Shown here: positions 45,818 through 56,208 of the stretch, in pieces
How positions within the stretch are numbered: position 1 is the first letter of the stretch
How the letters are laid out: every line of letters begins with the position of its first letter
Assembly: GCA_035764725.1 (NCBI GenBank)
Contig: DASTYT010000044.1
Span: 1-64,000, forward strand
Direction: 5' to 3'
Length of the DNA: 64,000 bases
Source of the DNA: Candidatus Methylomirabilota bacterium
Lineage (GTDB): Bacteria; Methylomirabilota; Methylomirabilia; Rokubacteriales; CSP1-6
The notes under the pieces: model-generated
Database searches by the model: none
What the model saw: only the letters and a program-made list of their open reading frames with translations
Told to the model about the DNA's origin: nothing
Position numbers and translations under genes: made by a program

Positions 45818-45884
45818 AAAAAAATCGTGCCGGGAGTTTGATCAGATGCCTCCCTGCGCGTAGAGTGGGGGCGAGGAGGTGGCG

Positions 45885-46379
45885 ATGCCAGCTTGCATAG
45901 CCTGCCGGTCTCGTGACGTCGAGAGCGTCTGCTCGGGCGCTTACATGGCCGAATCCTCCGAGGTGATCTACCTCGGCGCGTCCCCCGTCGTGGAATGTCC
46001 CTCATGCGGACGCAAGCCGCTCCGTTGTCAGCCCGAGCTCTACGGTGATGTCTTCATCTGCACGGGCTGCGCGCAGCGCGTGTTTCGCGACGAGCAGCAC
46101 CACTGCCGGACCTGCGGCCACTCGTGGATGCACCCCGACCTCGAGGAGCTCCTGCAGCGTGAGGAGGAGGACGCCGAGGCCAGCGTCGAGGTCGGCGAGA
46201 CCGAGATGATGGACGAGGGGGCGGCCGCCGCGCTGGAAGCGTTGCCGCAGGATTGCGACGCGTGCGGGGCGACCCACTGGACGCTGGTCCGGGTGGACGG
46301 GCGCCTGCTGTGCCGGTGCCGCTGCGGCGCCCTCGTTGCGCCGGGTGCGGACGCCGACGCCGACGCCGACTCAGACTGA
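45885..46379 (+). CDS. Cysteine-rich hypothetical protein (multiple CxxC zinc-ribbon-like pairs, acidic tail)
   Basis: GAGGAGG RBS plus ATG 45885. 7 CxxC/CxC pairs. C-terminal (DA)n repeat. Confidence 0.55.
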   Translation: MPACIACRSRDVESVCSGAYMAESSEVIYLGASPVVECPSCGRKPLRCQPELYGDVFICTGCAQRVFRDEQHHCRTCGHSWMHPDLEELLQREEEDAEASVEVGETEMMDEGAAAALEALPQDCDACGATHWTLVRVDGRLLCRCRCGALVAPGADADADADSD

Positions 46380-46400
46380 TCCGCGCCGCGGACCTGTCTC

Positions 46401-47798
46401 ATGACCTCGCCCGAGATCGCCCTCGCCCAGCTCTGGCGCTGGGCCGGCTGCGACCCGTTCGCGCTCGAGCGCGTCCGCTTCCACGGCGGTGACCCGGTGC
46501 TCCCAGGCATCTTCCAGATCGCCACGGCGGCGCAGGCCTCCATCGCGGCGTCCGGGCTGGCCGCCGCGGAGCTCTGGAAGTTGCGCACCGGCCGCGAGCA
46601 GACCGTGGACGTGGACGCGCGCGCGGCCGCGGCCGCGTTCCGCGCCGAGCGCTATCTCCGGGTCGACGGCAAGGGCGGCGACGATCCCTGGGGACCGGCC
46701 TCCGGCTATTTCCGCGCCGGCGACCGGCGATGGATTCAGCTCCACTGTAACTTCCCCCACCATCGCGATCGGGCTCTCGGCGTGCTGCGCTGCGAGGCCA
46801 CGCGCGAGGCGGTCACCGAGGCTGTCCAGGGTTGGAAGGCTGTCGAGCTGGAGGAAGCGCTCGTCAATGCGCGGATGTGCGCGGGCCTGCTGCGCGCGCC
46901 GGAGGAGTGGCAGGCGCATCCCCAGGCCCTCGCTCTCGCCATGCTGCTGCCGCTGGAGATCATCCGCATCGGCGACGCGCCGCCCGAGCCACTGCCCGCG
47001 GGCTCGCGTCCGCTGTCCGGCGTCCGCGCCCTCGACCTCACGCACGTGATCGCGGGGCCCGTGTGCGGCCGCACGCTCGCCGAGCATGGCGCGGACGTCC
47101 TGCGCGTGACCGCGCCGGGCTGGCCGAGCATGGAGCGGCTGGTCCAGGACATGGGACGGGGCAAGCTCTCGACATACCTCGATCTCCACAAGGAGGCGGA
47201 CGCCGAGCGGCTGCGCGGCCTTGCGCGCGAGGCCGACGTCTTCAGCCAGGGCTATCGCCCGGGCACCCTCGCGGCTCACGGCTTCGCGCCGCAGGACCTG
47301 GCGCGGCTGCGCCCGGGCATCGTCTACGTGTCGCTCTCCGCCTTCGGCCACGAGGGCCCGTGGCGCGACCGCCGCGGCTTCGACAGCATCGTGCAGACGG
47401 TGACCGGCATCGCGGCGGAGGGCGGTCGCGCTCACGGCCTCGACGAGCCGCGCCCCTTGCCCTGTCAGGCGCTCGACCACGCGAGCGGCTATCTCCTCGC
47501 CTTCGGCGCCATGGTGGCGCTGGCCCGGCGCGCCACGCAGGGCGGTAGCTGGCTGGTGCGCCTCTCCCTCGCCCAGACCGGCCGCTGGCTGGATCGCCTG
47601 GGGCGCGTGAACGGCCTCGCCCTGGACGATCTTCGCGCCGACGCCGTCGCGGACCTCATGGAGGAGACGGACACCCCATGGGGCCGCATGCGGGCGGTGG
47701 CGCCGGTGGCACGGCTTTCCGAGACACCGGGGCGCTTCGCGAGGCCCTCCACGCCGCTTGGTACCCATCCGCCGGAGTGGCCCGCGCGCGTCGCGTGA
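46401..47798 (+). CDS. CoA transferase (family III, CaiB/BaiF)
   Basis: 'LDLTHVIAGPVCGRTLAEHGADVLRV' family III signature. Confidence 0.8.
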   Translation: MTSPEIALAQLWRWAGCDPFALERVRFHGGDPVLPGIFQIATAAQASIAASGLAAAELWKLRTGREQTVDVDARAAAAAFRAERYLRVDGKGGDDPWGPASGYFRAGDRRWIQLHCNFPHHRDRALGVLRCEATREAVTEAVQGWKAVELEEALVNARMCAGLLRAPEEWQAHPQALALAMLLPLEIIRIGDAPPEPLPAGSRPLSGVRALDLTHVIAGPVCGRTLAEHGADVLRVTAPGWPSMERLVQDMGRGKLSTYLDLHKEADAERLRGLAREADVFSQGYRPGTLAAHGFAPQDLARLRPGIVYVSLSAFGHEGPWRDRRGFDSIVQTVTGIAAEGGRAHGLDEPRPLPCQALDHASGYLLAFGAMVALARRATQGGSWLVRLSLAQTGRWLDRLGRVNGLALDDLRADAVADLMEETDTPWGRMRAVAPVARLSETPGRFARPSTPLGTHPPEWPARVA

Positions 47799-47805
47799 GG
47801 CGAGC

Positions 47806-48285
47806 ATGACCGTGCGCGAGTATCAGTACAAGGTGGACGCGGACGGCCGCGTCTTCCACGACGGCTCCGAGATCGTCGATTCCGCCACGCTGCGCTTCTT
47901 TCTCCTTGGCATGCGCCGCGAGGTCGACGGGCGCTGGCTCGTGCCGTGTCAGGGCGAGCAGAACTGGTTCGAGGTCGAGGACACGCCGTTCGTGGTGCAG
48001 CGGCTGCGCCTGGACGTCGAGGGCGGGCGGCTCCACCGTGTCGGGCTCGTGCTCGCGGGTGAACTGCAAGAGCTGCTCGACCCCGCCACGCTCGCGGCCG
48101 AAGGAGGCCGCCTCTACTGCCGCGTGCGCCGCGGCGCCTTCCGCGCGCGCATGGGGCGTCTCGCCATGCAGCAGCTCGCGTCCCACCTGGAAGAGCGGGG
48201 CGGGCGGATCACGCTATTGATCGACGGCGCGCGCCATGACATCGCGGACGCGCGCTCCGCGACGGGAGGCGTGCATGTCCGCTGA
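47806..48285 (+). CDS. DUF1285 domain protein
   Basis: 'REYQYKVDADGRVFHDGSEIVDSATLRFFL' matches DUF1285. ATG at 47806. Confidence 0.6.
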   Translation: MTVREYQYKVDADGRVFHDGSEIVDSATLRFFLLGMRREVDGRWLVPCQGEQNWFEVEDTPFVVQRLRLDVEGGRLHRVGLVLAGELQELLDPATLAAEGGRLYCRVRRGAFRARMGRLAMQQLASHLEERGGRITLLIDGARHDIADARSATGGVHVR

Positions 48286-48808
48286 GCCTTCGACCGCGCC
48301 GCTCTCGCCCCGCGAGGCGGCCGCGCTGTTGCGCGCCAGTCTCGAGGCCATTCGCGCTGAGGCCTCGGCCCTGTCCGACGGTGCCGCCTCCTGGCATCCC
48401 AAGGCGGGCGAGTGGTGCGCCAAGGAGGTGCTGGGCCATCTGATCGAGGCCGACCGGCGTGGCTTCGGCGGGCGCATCCAGCAGTTCCTCGACGCCGACA
48501 ACCCGGCCTGCGTCGGCTGGGATCAGGACGAGGTCGCGCGCGGCCGGGGCGACTGCGGCAAGCCGGTGTCGGCGCTGCTGGACGAGCTGGGCAAGACGCG
48601 CGCGGAAGGGCTCAAGGTCGTCGAGACGCTGACGACGGCAGGGCTCTCGCGCGGGGGTCAGCATCCCAAGGTGGGTCCGCTCACCGTGTCCGACATCCTG
48701 CACGAGTGGGTGCATCACGATCGCAATCACCTCAAGCAGATGATGACCAATATCCAGGCCTACGCCTGGCCGCACATGGGCAATGCCCAGCGATTCTCCG
48801 CGCCCTGA
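48275..48808 (+). CDS. DinB/YfiT-like metal-dependent hydrolase fold protein
   Basis: 'EWCAKEVLGHLIEADRR…HDRNHLKQM' His-rich DinB_2 pattern. GGAGG RBS. Confidence 0.65.
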   Translation: MSAEPSTAPLSPREAAALLRASLEAIRAEASALSDGAASWHPKAGEWCAKEVLGHLIEADRRGFGGRIQQFLDADNPACVGWDQDEVARGRGDCGKPVSALLDELGKTRAEGLKVVETLTTAGLSRGGQHPKVGPLTVSDILHEWVHHDRNHLKQMMTNIQAYAWPHMGNAQRFSAP

Positions 48809-49325
48809 GCTGCTGGCGCGACTCGGCGCCATGCCGGAGCTGCTGCGTGAGGTCGCCGCTGCGCTGGCAGACGCCACGCATCGCCGTCCAGCCGCGGGAG
48901 GCTTCGCTTTCGTCGAGCACGCGTGGCATCTCGCCGACCTCGAGCGCGAGGGCTATGGCACGCGCATCAGCCGCCTGCTGACGGAAACGGCCCCCGCGCT
49001 GCCCGACTTCGATGGCGACCGCATCGCGCGCGAGCGCGAGTACCTCCACGGGGATCCCGCCCTGGCCCTGCAGGTCTTCGCGCGGGCCCGCGCGCGGAAC
49101 ATCGAGCGCCTGGCCGCGCTGGACGCTGCCACGCTGTCGCGGCGTGGGACCCAGGACGGCGTGGGCGAGCTCACGCTGGCGCGCGTGCCCCGCATGATGG
49201 CGGCCCACGACGCGGGCCACGTCGAGGAGCTGGCCACGCTGGTCGCCGAGCTCGCGCCGGGCGCGCCCGTGCTGGCAAGGCTGCGCGCGGTGTCCGTTGT
49301 CTCCGGCGAGCCCGCCCTCGCCTAG
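48783..49325 (+). CDS. DinB-like hypothetical protein
   Basis: 'FVEHAWHLADLEREGY…AAHDAGHVEEL'. The start is uncertain between 48783 and 48831. Confidence 0.5.
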   Translation: MPSDSPRPELLARLGAMPELLREVAAALADATHRRPAAGGFAFVEHAWHLADLEREGYGTRISRLLTETAPALPDFDGDRIAREREYLHGDPALALQVFARARARNIERLAALDAATLSRRGTQDGVGELTLARVPRMMAAHDAGHVEELATLVAELAPGAPVLARLRAVSVVSGEPALA

Positions 49326-50056
49326 CCGCGCTGCTTCTTCCTCCAGGCCTCGAACTCGGACATCGTCTCGGCCGAAGGTGGGTAGGTGCCGCGGAGCGGC
49401 GCGCCCGCTTGGATCTTCCCGAGCACGAAGGCCTCGAGCTCCTCCTGCTCGAGTCCGCCCTCGGCGATCTTGTCGGCCTGCGCGCGCGGGATGCAGACCA
49501 CACCGTCGCCGTCGCCCACCATGATGTCGCCCGGCATCACCAGCACGTCGGCGCAGCCGATGGGCACATTGGCCTCGACGGCGAGGTGACGGTGCACGTT
49601 GGCGGGCGCCGCGGGGCCTTTGGCATACACGGGCAGGCCCATGCCCTCGATGCCGGCGAAGTCGCGCACGCCGCCGTCCAGCACCGCGCCGGCGGCCCCG
49701 CGCGCCTTGAGCCGCGCGACGAGAATATCGCCGAGCCCCGCCGCCGACTCGATGCCGCGGCAGTCGAGCACCAGCACGGCGCCGGCGGGGATCTCCTCGA
49801 TGGTCTTGCGCTGGGGATGCGCGGGGTCGCCCAGGCTCTCGAATGTCGAGAGGTCCTCACGCGCCGGCACATAGCGCACCGTCACCGCGGGCCCGACCAT
49901 TTTGATGGCGGCTCCCACCGGTTTCAGGCCGGAGAGGAACACGCTGCGGAAGCCGGCCTTGAAGAGCCGCGTGCAGAGCGTCGCAGTGGACACGCGCGCC
50001 AAGCGCGCGAGGGTCTCGGGCGCCAGGGGCGACAAGGGCGCGGGGCTCGGGGCCAT
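49322..50056 (-). CDS. RraA family protein (4-hydroxy-2-oxoglutarate/HMG-CHA aldolase-like)
   Basis: RraA/demethylmenaquinone-methyltransferase-like fold (…VLDCRG…GDILV…). Only the last 244 codons of ORF 49322..52984 are real. Confidence 0.7.
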   Translation of the reverse strand: MAPSPAPLSPLAPETLARLARVSTATLCTRLFKAGFRSVFLSGLKPVGAAIKMVGPAVTVRYVPAREDLSTFESLGDPAHPQRKTIEEIPAGAVLVLDCRGIESAAGLGDILVARLKARGAAGAVLDGGVRDFAGIEGMGLPVYAKGPAAPANVHRHLAVEANVPIGCADVLVMPGDIMVGDGDGVVCIPRAQADKIAEGGLEQEELEAFVLGKIQAGAPLRGTYPPSAETMSEFEAWRKKQRG

Positions 50057-50092
50057 GGGCTGCAAGTATAATCCTCCTCGGAGGAAACCGAC

Positions 50093-50995
50093 ATGAGCGA
50101 CACCGTGGGATTCGTGGGACTGGGCACGATGGGCATGCCGATGACGACCAATCTGTCCAAGGCCGGCGTGCCGCTGGTGGTATACGACACGAGCCCGACC
50201 GCGACGGCGGACGCGCGGCGGCTCGTCGGCGTGACGGTGGCGGAGTCGCCGGCGCAGGTGGCCGCGCAGTCGGACGTGCTCTTCTCGTGCCTTCCCAACA
50301 ACGACATCGTGCTCGGCGTCTATCTCGAGGCCGGCGGCATCATCCACGGCGGCCGCTCGGGCCTCGTGACCTGCGACTGCTCGACAGTCGGGCCGGAGAT
50401 CACGGTGAAGGTGGCCGGCGCGCTCAAGGCCAAGGGCATCACGCACATGGACACGCCGATGCTCGGCTCGCAGCCCCAGGCCGTCTCGGGCGAGATCTTC
50501 TTCATCGTGGGCGGCGACGAGACGAAGGTCGCGACGGTGAAGCCCTACCTCGAGATCATGGGGAAGCTCAACATGTACGTGGGCGGCACCGGCATGGCCA
50601 ACCGCGTGAAGCTGATCCACAACGGGCTCGCCGCGGTCACCTCGGTGGCGGTGGCCGAAGCCCTCGCCATGGCCGTGCAGGCCGGGGTGGACCCCACCAC
50701 CTTCTACGACGTGGTGCGCAAGGGCGGCGGCATGGCCTTCGGCACCTATTTCGACCGCCGCGCGAAGCGCATCTTCGACGGCGAGTTTTCGCCCACGTTC
50801 ATGCTCGAGCACATGCGCAAGGACGCGACGCTCGCGCTGACCCTCGCGCACGCAGTGCGCGTGCCGACGCCGATGCTGGAAGAGACCAAGCGCACGTACG
50901 ACGAGGCGCTCGACTCGGGATGGGGCAAGGAGGACTTCTCCGCGGTGACGCACGTGATCGAGAAGCGCATCAACCGCCGACTGTCGGGGAAGTAG
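50093..50995 (+). CDS. NAD(P)-dependent 3-hydroxyisobutyrate dehydrogenase-like (HIBADH / 2-hydroxy-3-oxopropionate reductase family)
   Basis: 'VGFVGLGTMGMPM' Rossmann motif and the HIBADH core. TATAAT and GGAGG lie upstream. Confidence 0.8.
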   Translation: MSDTVGFVGLGTMGMPMTTNLSKAGVPLVVYDTSPTATADARRLVGVTVAESPAQVAAQSDVLFSCLPNNDIVLGVYLEAGGIIHGGRSGLVTCDCSTVGPEITVKVAGALKAKGITHMDTPMLGSQPQAVSGEIFFIVGGDETKVATVKPYLEIMGKLNMYVGGTGMANRVKLIHNGLAAVTSVAVAEALAMAVQAGVDPTTFYDVVRKGGGMAFGTYFDRRAKRIFDGEFSPTFMLEHMRKDATLALTLAHAVRVPTPMLEETKRTYDEALDSGWGKEDFSAVTHVIEKRINRRLSGK

Positions 50996-50998
50996 GCC

Positions 50999-52996
50999 AT
51001 GCCCACGCGGCCGAGCATCGCGTTCGACGAGATCGTGGGCGGTGCGGTTTCCGCCGAGGTGAAGACTGCGGGCGCGGGGCCGGCGGGGCGCCTGCCCCTC
51101 ACCGCTGAGATGCTGATCGAGCGCCCCAGCGGCGACATCTTCGGCTGGACGCAGAACGCCGGCATGGGCTGGGACCCGCGCGAGCTGGGCCGCCCGCAGT
51201 ACCTCATGCTCTCCACCCAGGGCGGCATCCGCGCGGCCGACGGGCGCCCCATCGCGCTCGGCTATCACACCGGCCACTGGGAGATCGGCCTCCTGCTCCA
51301 GGCGGCGGCGGAAGAGCTGACCGCGCTGGGCGGCATGCCCTTCGCCGGCTACTGCTCGGATCCCTGCGATGGGCGCACCCAGGGCACGACCGGGATGATG
51401 GACAGCCTCGCCTATCGGAACGACGCCGCCATCGTGCTGCGCCGGCTCGCGCGCTCGCTGCCGACGAGAAAAGGGGTGCTGGGCGTCGCCACCTGCGACA
51501 AGGGCCTCCCCGCCATGATGATGGCGCTGGCCGCCCTGCGTGATCTCGCCTGCGTGCTGGTTCCTGGCGGCGTGACCTTGCCGCCCGAGCGCGGCGAAGA
51601 CGCGGGCACCGTGCAATCGATCGGCGCGCGCTTCGCCCACGGCGAACTCTCTCTCGAGCAGGCCCAGGACCTCGGTTGCCGCGCCTGCGGCTCGCCGGGC
51701 GGCGGCTGCCAGTTCCTCGGCACCGCGGCCACCTCGCAGGTGGTGGGCGAGGCGCTCGGTCTTACGCTGCCGCACTCCGCGCTGGCGCCGTCGGGCCAGC
51801 CGATATGGCTCGACATGGCGCGCCGCTCGGCCCGCGCGCTGATGGCGCTGGAGGCGCGTGGCCTGTGCACGCGCGACATCGTGACGGACGCCGCCATTCG
51901 CAATGCCATGATGGTGCATGCGGCGGTGGGCGGCTCGACCAACCTGCTGCTCCACTTGACCGCGATCGCCCACGCCGCGGGGCTTCGCCGCCCCACCGTG
52001 GAGGACTGGAGCGATGTGAATCGCCGCGTGCCGCGCCTGGTCGACGTGCTGCCGAACGGCCCCCGCAACCATCCGACTGTCCGCCTGTTCCTCGCCGGGG
52101 GGGTGCCAGAGGTAATGCTGCATCTCCGCCGGGCCGGCCTTCTCGACGAGCGCGCCCTGACGGTGACCGGGGAGCCCTTGGGAAAGAATCTCGACTGGTG
52201 GGAGGGCTCCGACCGCCGGCGCGTGCTCCGCGAGCGGCTGCGGGCCGCCGACGGCGTGGATCCAGACGACGTGATCATGAATCCCCTGCGGGCGCGGGAG
52301 CGAGGGCTCACCAGCACCGTGACGTTTCCGCGGGGGAACCTGGCGCCCGAAGGGGCGGTGATCAAGAGCACGGCGATCGATCCCACCGTGGTGGACGCGG
52401 ACGGTGTGTACCGGAAGGTGGGCCCCGCGCGGGTCTACACCACCGAGAAGGCGGCCATCGCCGCCATCAAGAGCCAGGGGCCGGAGCGGCTCAAGCCCGG
52501 CGACATCCTGGTGCTGATCTGCCGCGGGCCCATTGGCGCGGGGATGGAGGAGATCTACCAGATCACCGCCGCGCTCAAGCACCTCTCCTGGGGCAAGCAG
52601 GTGGCGGTGATCACCGACGCACGCTTCTCCGGTGTCTCGACCGGTGCCTGCATCGGCCACGTGGGGCCGGAGGCGCTGGCCGGCGGGCCGGTGGGCAAGG
52701 TGCGCGATGGGGATCGCATCCGCATCGTCATCGACCGCGGCAAGCTCGAGGGCAGCATCGACCTCGTGGGCCACGACGGGCGTGAGTACGACCCCGAGGA
52801 AGGCGCCCGCGTGCTCGCCTCGCGGGCCCCGCGTCCGGATCTCGCACCGGATCCCGACCTGCCCGACGACACGCGGCTCTGGGCAGCGCTCCAGCAGGCC
52901 GGCGGCGGCACCTGGGGCGGCTGCGTCTACGACGTGGGCGCGGTGGCGGCGGCGCTGGGCGGCCGGCGCCCGGCGCTGAGCCACGCCCCGCGCTGA
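50999..52996 (+). CDS. IlvD/EDD family dehydratase (YjhG/YagF-like pentonate dehydratase)
   Basis: 665 aa with the ~100-aa N-terminal extension seen in xylonate/arabinonate dehydratases. Cys ligands CDK…, CDG. Confidence 0.8.
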   Translation: MPTRPSIAFDEIVGGAVSAEVKTAGAGPAGRLPLTAEMLIERPSGDIFGWTQNAGMGWDPRELGRPQYLMLSTQGGIRAADGRPIALGYHTGHWEIGLLLQAAAEELTALGGMPFAGYCSDPCDGRTQGTTGMMDSLAYRNDAAIVLRRLARSLPTRKGVLGVATCDKGLPAMMMALAALRDLACVLVPGGVTLPPERGEDAGTVQSIGARFAHGELSLEQAQDLGCRACGSPGGGCQFLGTAATSQVVGEALGLTLPHSALAPSGQPIWLDMARRSARALMALEARGLCTRDIVTDAAIRNAMMVHAAVGGSTNLLLHLTAIAHAAGLRRPTVEDWSDVNRRVPRLVDVLPNGPRNHPTVRLFLAGGVPEVMLHLRRAGLLDERALTVTGEPLGKNLDWWEGSDRRRVLRERLRAADGVDPDDVIMNPLRARERGLTSTVTFPRGNLAPEGAVIKSTAIDPTVVDADGVYRKVGPARVYTTEKAAIAAIKSQGPERLKPGDILVLICRGPIGAGMEEIYQITAALKHLSWGKQVAVITDARFSGVSTGACIGHVGPEALAGGPVGKVRDGDRIRIVIDRGKLEGSIDLVGHDGREYDPEEGARVLASRAPRPDLAPDPDLPDDTRLWAALQQAGGGTWGGCVYDVGAVAAALGGRRPALSHAPR

Positions 52997-53011
52997 TCCG
53001 CGGCTAGCGGC

Positions 53012-53857
53012 TCAGCGCGTTCCGCGCCCGCGCGGGGCCAGCGCCTCGTTCAACGCCTCGCCGGCCAGGTTGAACGAGAGCACGGTGAGGAAGATCGCCA
53101 TGCCGGGGAACACCGGCATCCACCACGCCTGCTGGAGGAAGTTCTGCGCCTGATTGAGCATGCCGCCCCAGGAGACGCGGTTGGGATCGGCCAGGCCCAG
53201 GAAGCGCAGGCTCGCCTCGGCGAGAATGGCGGCGGGGATCTGCAGTGACCCGGCGACCACGATGGGCGCGAGCGCGTTCGGCAGGATCTGTCGCCCGATG
53301 ATGCGGCCGTCGCCCGCGCCGAGGCTCCGCGCCGCCAGCACGAACTCGCGCTCGCCGAGCGCGAGGAACTGCGCGCGCGTGAGCCGCGCGGTGGCCGGCC
53401 AGCCCACCAGCGCCAGCACCACGACCACCAGGCGCAGGTCCGCGCCGAAGATCGCCGCGACGACCAAGACGATGAGAAATTGCGGGATGACCAGCACCCA
53501 CTCCGTGAGGCGCATCAGCGTGCCCTCGACGCGCCCGCGCCAGTAGCCCGCGGCGGCGCCCACCGCCACGCCGACCAGCACCGAGCCGGCGGCGGCGAGG
53601 AGCCCCACCACCAGGGACACGCGCGCGCCGAAGAGCACGCCGCTCAGGATGTCGCGGCCGAGGTCGTCCGTGCCCAGCCAGTGCCCGCGGCCCGGCGGGC
53701 GCAGCGCGTTCGGATTCAGGGCCATTGGATCCGCCGGCGCGACCCAGGGCCCGACGACGGCCAGCAGGGTGAAGCCGATGGCCCCCGCGAGGCCGAGGAG
53801 GCCAGCGGGATGGCGGCGCAGCCGCAGCCAGATCTCGTGGAGGTTCAGGCGGCCCAT
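53012..53857 (-). CDS. ABC transporter permease (DppC/OppC-like)
   Basis: EAA-loop-type permease of the peptide/opine class. Start chosen at 53857 to avoid a 50-nt overlap with the upstream permease. Confidence 0.7.
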   Translation of the reverse strand: MGRLNLHEIWLRLRRHPAGLLGLAGAIGFTLLAVVGPWVAPADPMALNPNALRPPGRGHWLGTDDLGRDILSGVLFGARVSLVVGLLAAAGSVLVGVAVGAAAGYWRGRVEGTLMRLTEWVLVIPQFLIVLVVAAIFGADLRLVVVVLALVGWPATARLTRAQFLALGEREFVLAARSLGAGDGRIIGRQILPNALAPIVVAGSLQIPAAILAEASLRFLGLADPNRVSWGGMLNQAQNFLQQAWWMPVFPGMAIFLTVLSFNLAGEALNEALAPRGRGTR

Positions 53858-53873
53858 GGCGAAGCACGGCTCG

Positions 53874-54848
53874 TCATGCGCGGCTCGTGAGGCGAATGCG
53901 CGGGTCGATCCACGCATAGGCAATGTCGGCGAGGAGATTCCCCACCACCACGCACACCGTCACGACGAGGAGGCCCCCCAGCATGAGCGGGTAGTCGCGG
54001 TGGAGGATGGCGTCGAAGATCAGGCGCCCGAGCCCGGGCCAGGCGAACACGGTCTCGGTGAGCACCGCGCCCGCGACCAGATGACCCACGTTGAGGCCGA
54101 TCATCGTCACCACGGGGAGAAGCGCGTTCCGTAGCGCGTGCTTGTAGATCACCACGCGCTCGGCCAGTCCCTTCGCGCGCGCCGTCTGCAGATACTCCAT
54201 GCCGGAGACCTCGACGATGCTCGTGCGGGTCAGGCGAATATTGATTGCCAGATAGCGCGTTGCGAGAGTGAGTGCCGGCAATGCCAGGTGATGCACGACG
54301 TCGAGCCCGCGCGCGACCGGTGAGAGCCCGACGGTGAGCGAGCGCATGCCCTGGGTCGGGAACCAGTCGAGCTTGAGCGAAAGGCCCATCAGGAGGAGCT
54401 GGCCCAGCCAGAACACGGGCAGGGAATAGCCCACGAGCCCCAGCACGAGCAGCGTGGAATCGGTGAGCGAGCCCGGGCGCCGGCCGCAGGCCACGCCGAG
54501 CAGCACGCCCGCCACGCTCGACACGACGAGCGCCGCGCCCATCAGCAACAGCGTGGCGGGCAAGCGCCCCAGCACGAGATCGAGCACGGGCTCGTTGTAG
54601 AAGAACGAGTGGCCGAGATTACCGCGCAGCACCTGACCCGCGTAGCGGCCGAGCTGCACGATCACAGGGCGGTCGAGGCCGAAGCGCTCGCGCACCTGCT
54701 GGACGTACTCGGGCGGCGCGGGGTAGTCGCCCACCAGCACCTGCACGGGATCGCCGGGCGCGAGCTGGATGATGGCGAAGCCCAGCACCACCATCCCGGC
54801 GAGGAGAGGGATCAGGCTCGCCAGGCGGCGCGCGACGTAGGGGAGCAC
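53874..54848 (-). CDS. ABC transporter permease (DppB/OppB-like)
   Basis: BPD_transp_1 fold with the typical N-terminus 'MLPYVARRLASLIPLL'. Confidence 0.8.
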   Translation of the reverse strand: MLPYVARRLASLIPLLAGMVVLGFAIIQLAPGDPVQVLVGDYPAPPEYVQQVRERFGLDRPVIVQLGRYAGQVLRGNLGHSFFYNEPVLDLVLGRLPATLLLMGAALVVSSVAGVLLGVACGRRPGSLTDSTLLVLGLVGYSLPVFWLGQLLLMGLSLKLDWFPTQGMRSLTVGLSPVARGLDVVHHLALPALTLATRYLAINIRLTRTSIVEVSGMEYLQTARAKGLAERVVIYKHALRNALLPVVTMIGLNVGHLVAGAVLTETVFAWPGLGRLIFDAILHRDYPLMLGGLLVVTVCVVVGNLLADIAYAWIDPRIRLTSRA

Positions 54849-54852
54849 CGCC

Positions 54853-56208
54853 TCAGGCCGGGCGGAGCAGGGCCAAAAGGCGGCGCAGGGCGCCCGGCTT
54901 CTCGATGCCGGCCACGAGGGCGGCGGCCTTCTTCGCGCGCGCGGCGCCCAGCGCGGCGCCGGCCAGGCGAAGGAACTTGGCCTCGAGGTCCGCGTCGGAG
55001 AGCGGGTTGTCCCAGTGGCCGAGGGGCAGCTCCACGCGGCTCGTGAGCCGCCGGCCGTCGCGCGTCTCCACCTCCACCGTCTGGCGCTCGCCGTGCGCGG
55101 CCGGGTCCACCACCAGCTCCATGCGCGCCATGAGCGCGCGCGCCGCGGGATCCGCCAGCGCGGCGGGCGAGAACTCGCGCAGCGTGAGCCGGCCGTGGAG
55201 GAGGATCGAGGCCAGCGAGTACGTCACGCTCATCTGGGCGTGGAGCACGGAGTCCAGCCGCGTGCCGCCGATCATGCGCCGGCTCATCTCCGAGAGCACG
55301 ATGCGGATCCTGGCGATGTCGTCCGGCTTGAGATCGTGCTTCTCACGCAGCGCCAGCATGGAGTCCGCCGCGCTGTTGATGCCCCAGCACACGGGGAAGG
55401 GCTTGAAGCCCTTGCGCAGGATCCTGAAGCTCTCGCCCAGACCTTCCAGCGGCGCGCGTGCGTCGGACTCGCCCGGGGCGTAGGTGGCGAAGAGCCCGCC
55501 CCACGGCGCGTCCAGCACCTCGCGCGGCCCGGTGACGCCCCGGCGGGCGAGCACGGCGGCGGTGAGCCCGATCTCCGCCGAGCGGCCGGGATGGACGCGC
55601 TTTGACATGGCGCCGTCGGCCATGAAGGCCCAGGTGCCGCCGGTGTAGGAGCCGGCGAGGCCGAGGGCATGCGCGGTGCGCCCGGCGTCGAGGCGCAGCG
55701 CGCGCGCCGCCGCGATGCCGGCGCCGAGGCTCCCGTACACGCCGGTCGTGTGCCAGCCGCGCAGGGTCATCACGTCGTAGCTGGCCGCGTCCGTGAGCCG
55801 CGAGGTGATCTCGTGCCCGGCCACCAGCCCGAGCAGCACGTCGCGCCCGTCGCCGCCCGCCAGCTCGGCCGCCGCCAATACCGCCGGCACCTGGCAGGCC
55901 CCCGCGTGCCCACCGCCCCCGATGTCGTCCAGCTCGCGCATGTGAGCATGCGCCCCGTTCATGAGCGTGGCGGTCTGCGGCGGGGCGCCGCCGCGCGTGC
56001 CCCAGACCGTGCAGGGCCCCGCGCCGCCGAGATCGGCGCGCGCCTTGGCGAGGGCCTTGGCCTCGGGCGTGGTGCTGCCGTGGAGCCCGCAGCCGAGCGT
56101 GTCGAGGAGAATGCGCCGCGCCATCGCCACCACCTCGGGTGGCAGGCGCTTCCAGGCGAGCCCGGCCGCCCAGGCGGCGAGCGCCTCGGAGACGGTGCTA
56201 CTTCCCAT
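54853..56208 (-). CDS. MmgE/PrpD family protein
   Basis: 451 aa with MmgE/PrpD N- and C-domains. Confidence 0.8.
   Translation of the reverse strand: MGSSTVSEALAAWAAGLAWKRLPPEVVAMARRILLDTLGCGLHGSTTPEAKALAKARADLGGAGPCTVWGTRGGAPPQTATLMNGAHAHMRELDDIGGGGHAGACQVPAVLAAAELAGGDGRDVLLGLVAGHEITSRLTDAASYDVMTLRGWHTTGVYGSLGAGIAAARALRLDAGRTAHALGLAGSYTGGTWAFMADGAMSKRVHPGRSAEIGLTAAVLARRGVTGPREVLDAPWGGLFATYAPGESDARAPLEGLGESFRILRKGFKPFPVCWGINSAADSMLALREKHDLKPDDIARIRIVLSEMSRRMIGGTRLDSVLHAQMSVTYSLASILLHGRLTLREFSPAALADPAARALMARMELVVDPAAHGERQTVEVETRDGRRLTSRVELPLGHWDNPLSDADLEAKFLRLAGAALGAARAKKAAALVAGIEKPGALRRLLALLRPA

Noticed and set aside
46320-46379. (GACGCC)3 tandem microrepeat
   Set aside because: Too short and coding (DADADA tail). 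Not a CRISPR or VNTR-type feature.
49322-52984. 1,220-aa minus-strand ORF
   Set aside because: Only the C-terminal 244 codons (RraA-like, with RBS and ATG at 50056) are plausible. The rest is antisense to the HIBADH and IlvD/EDD genes.
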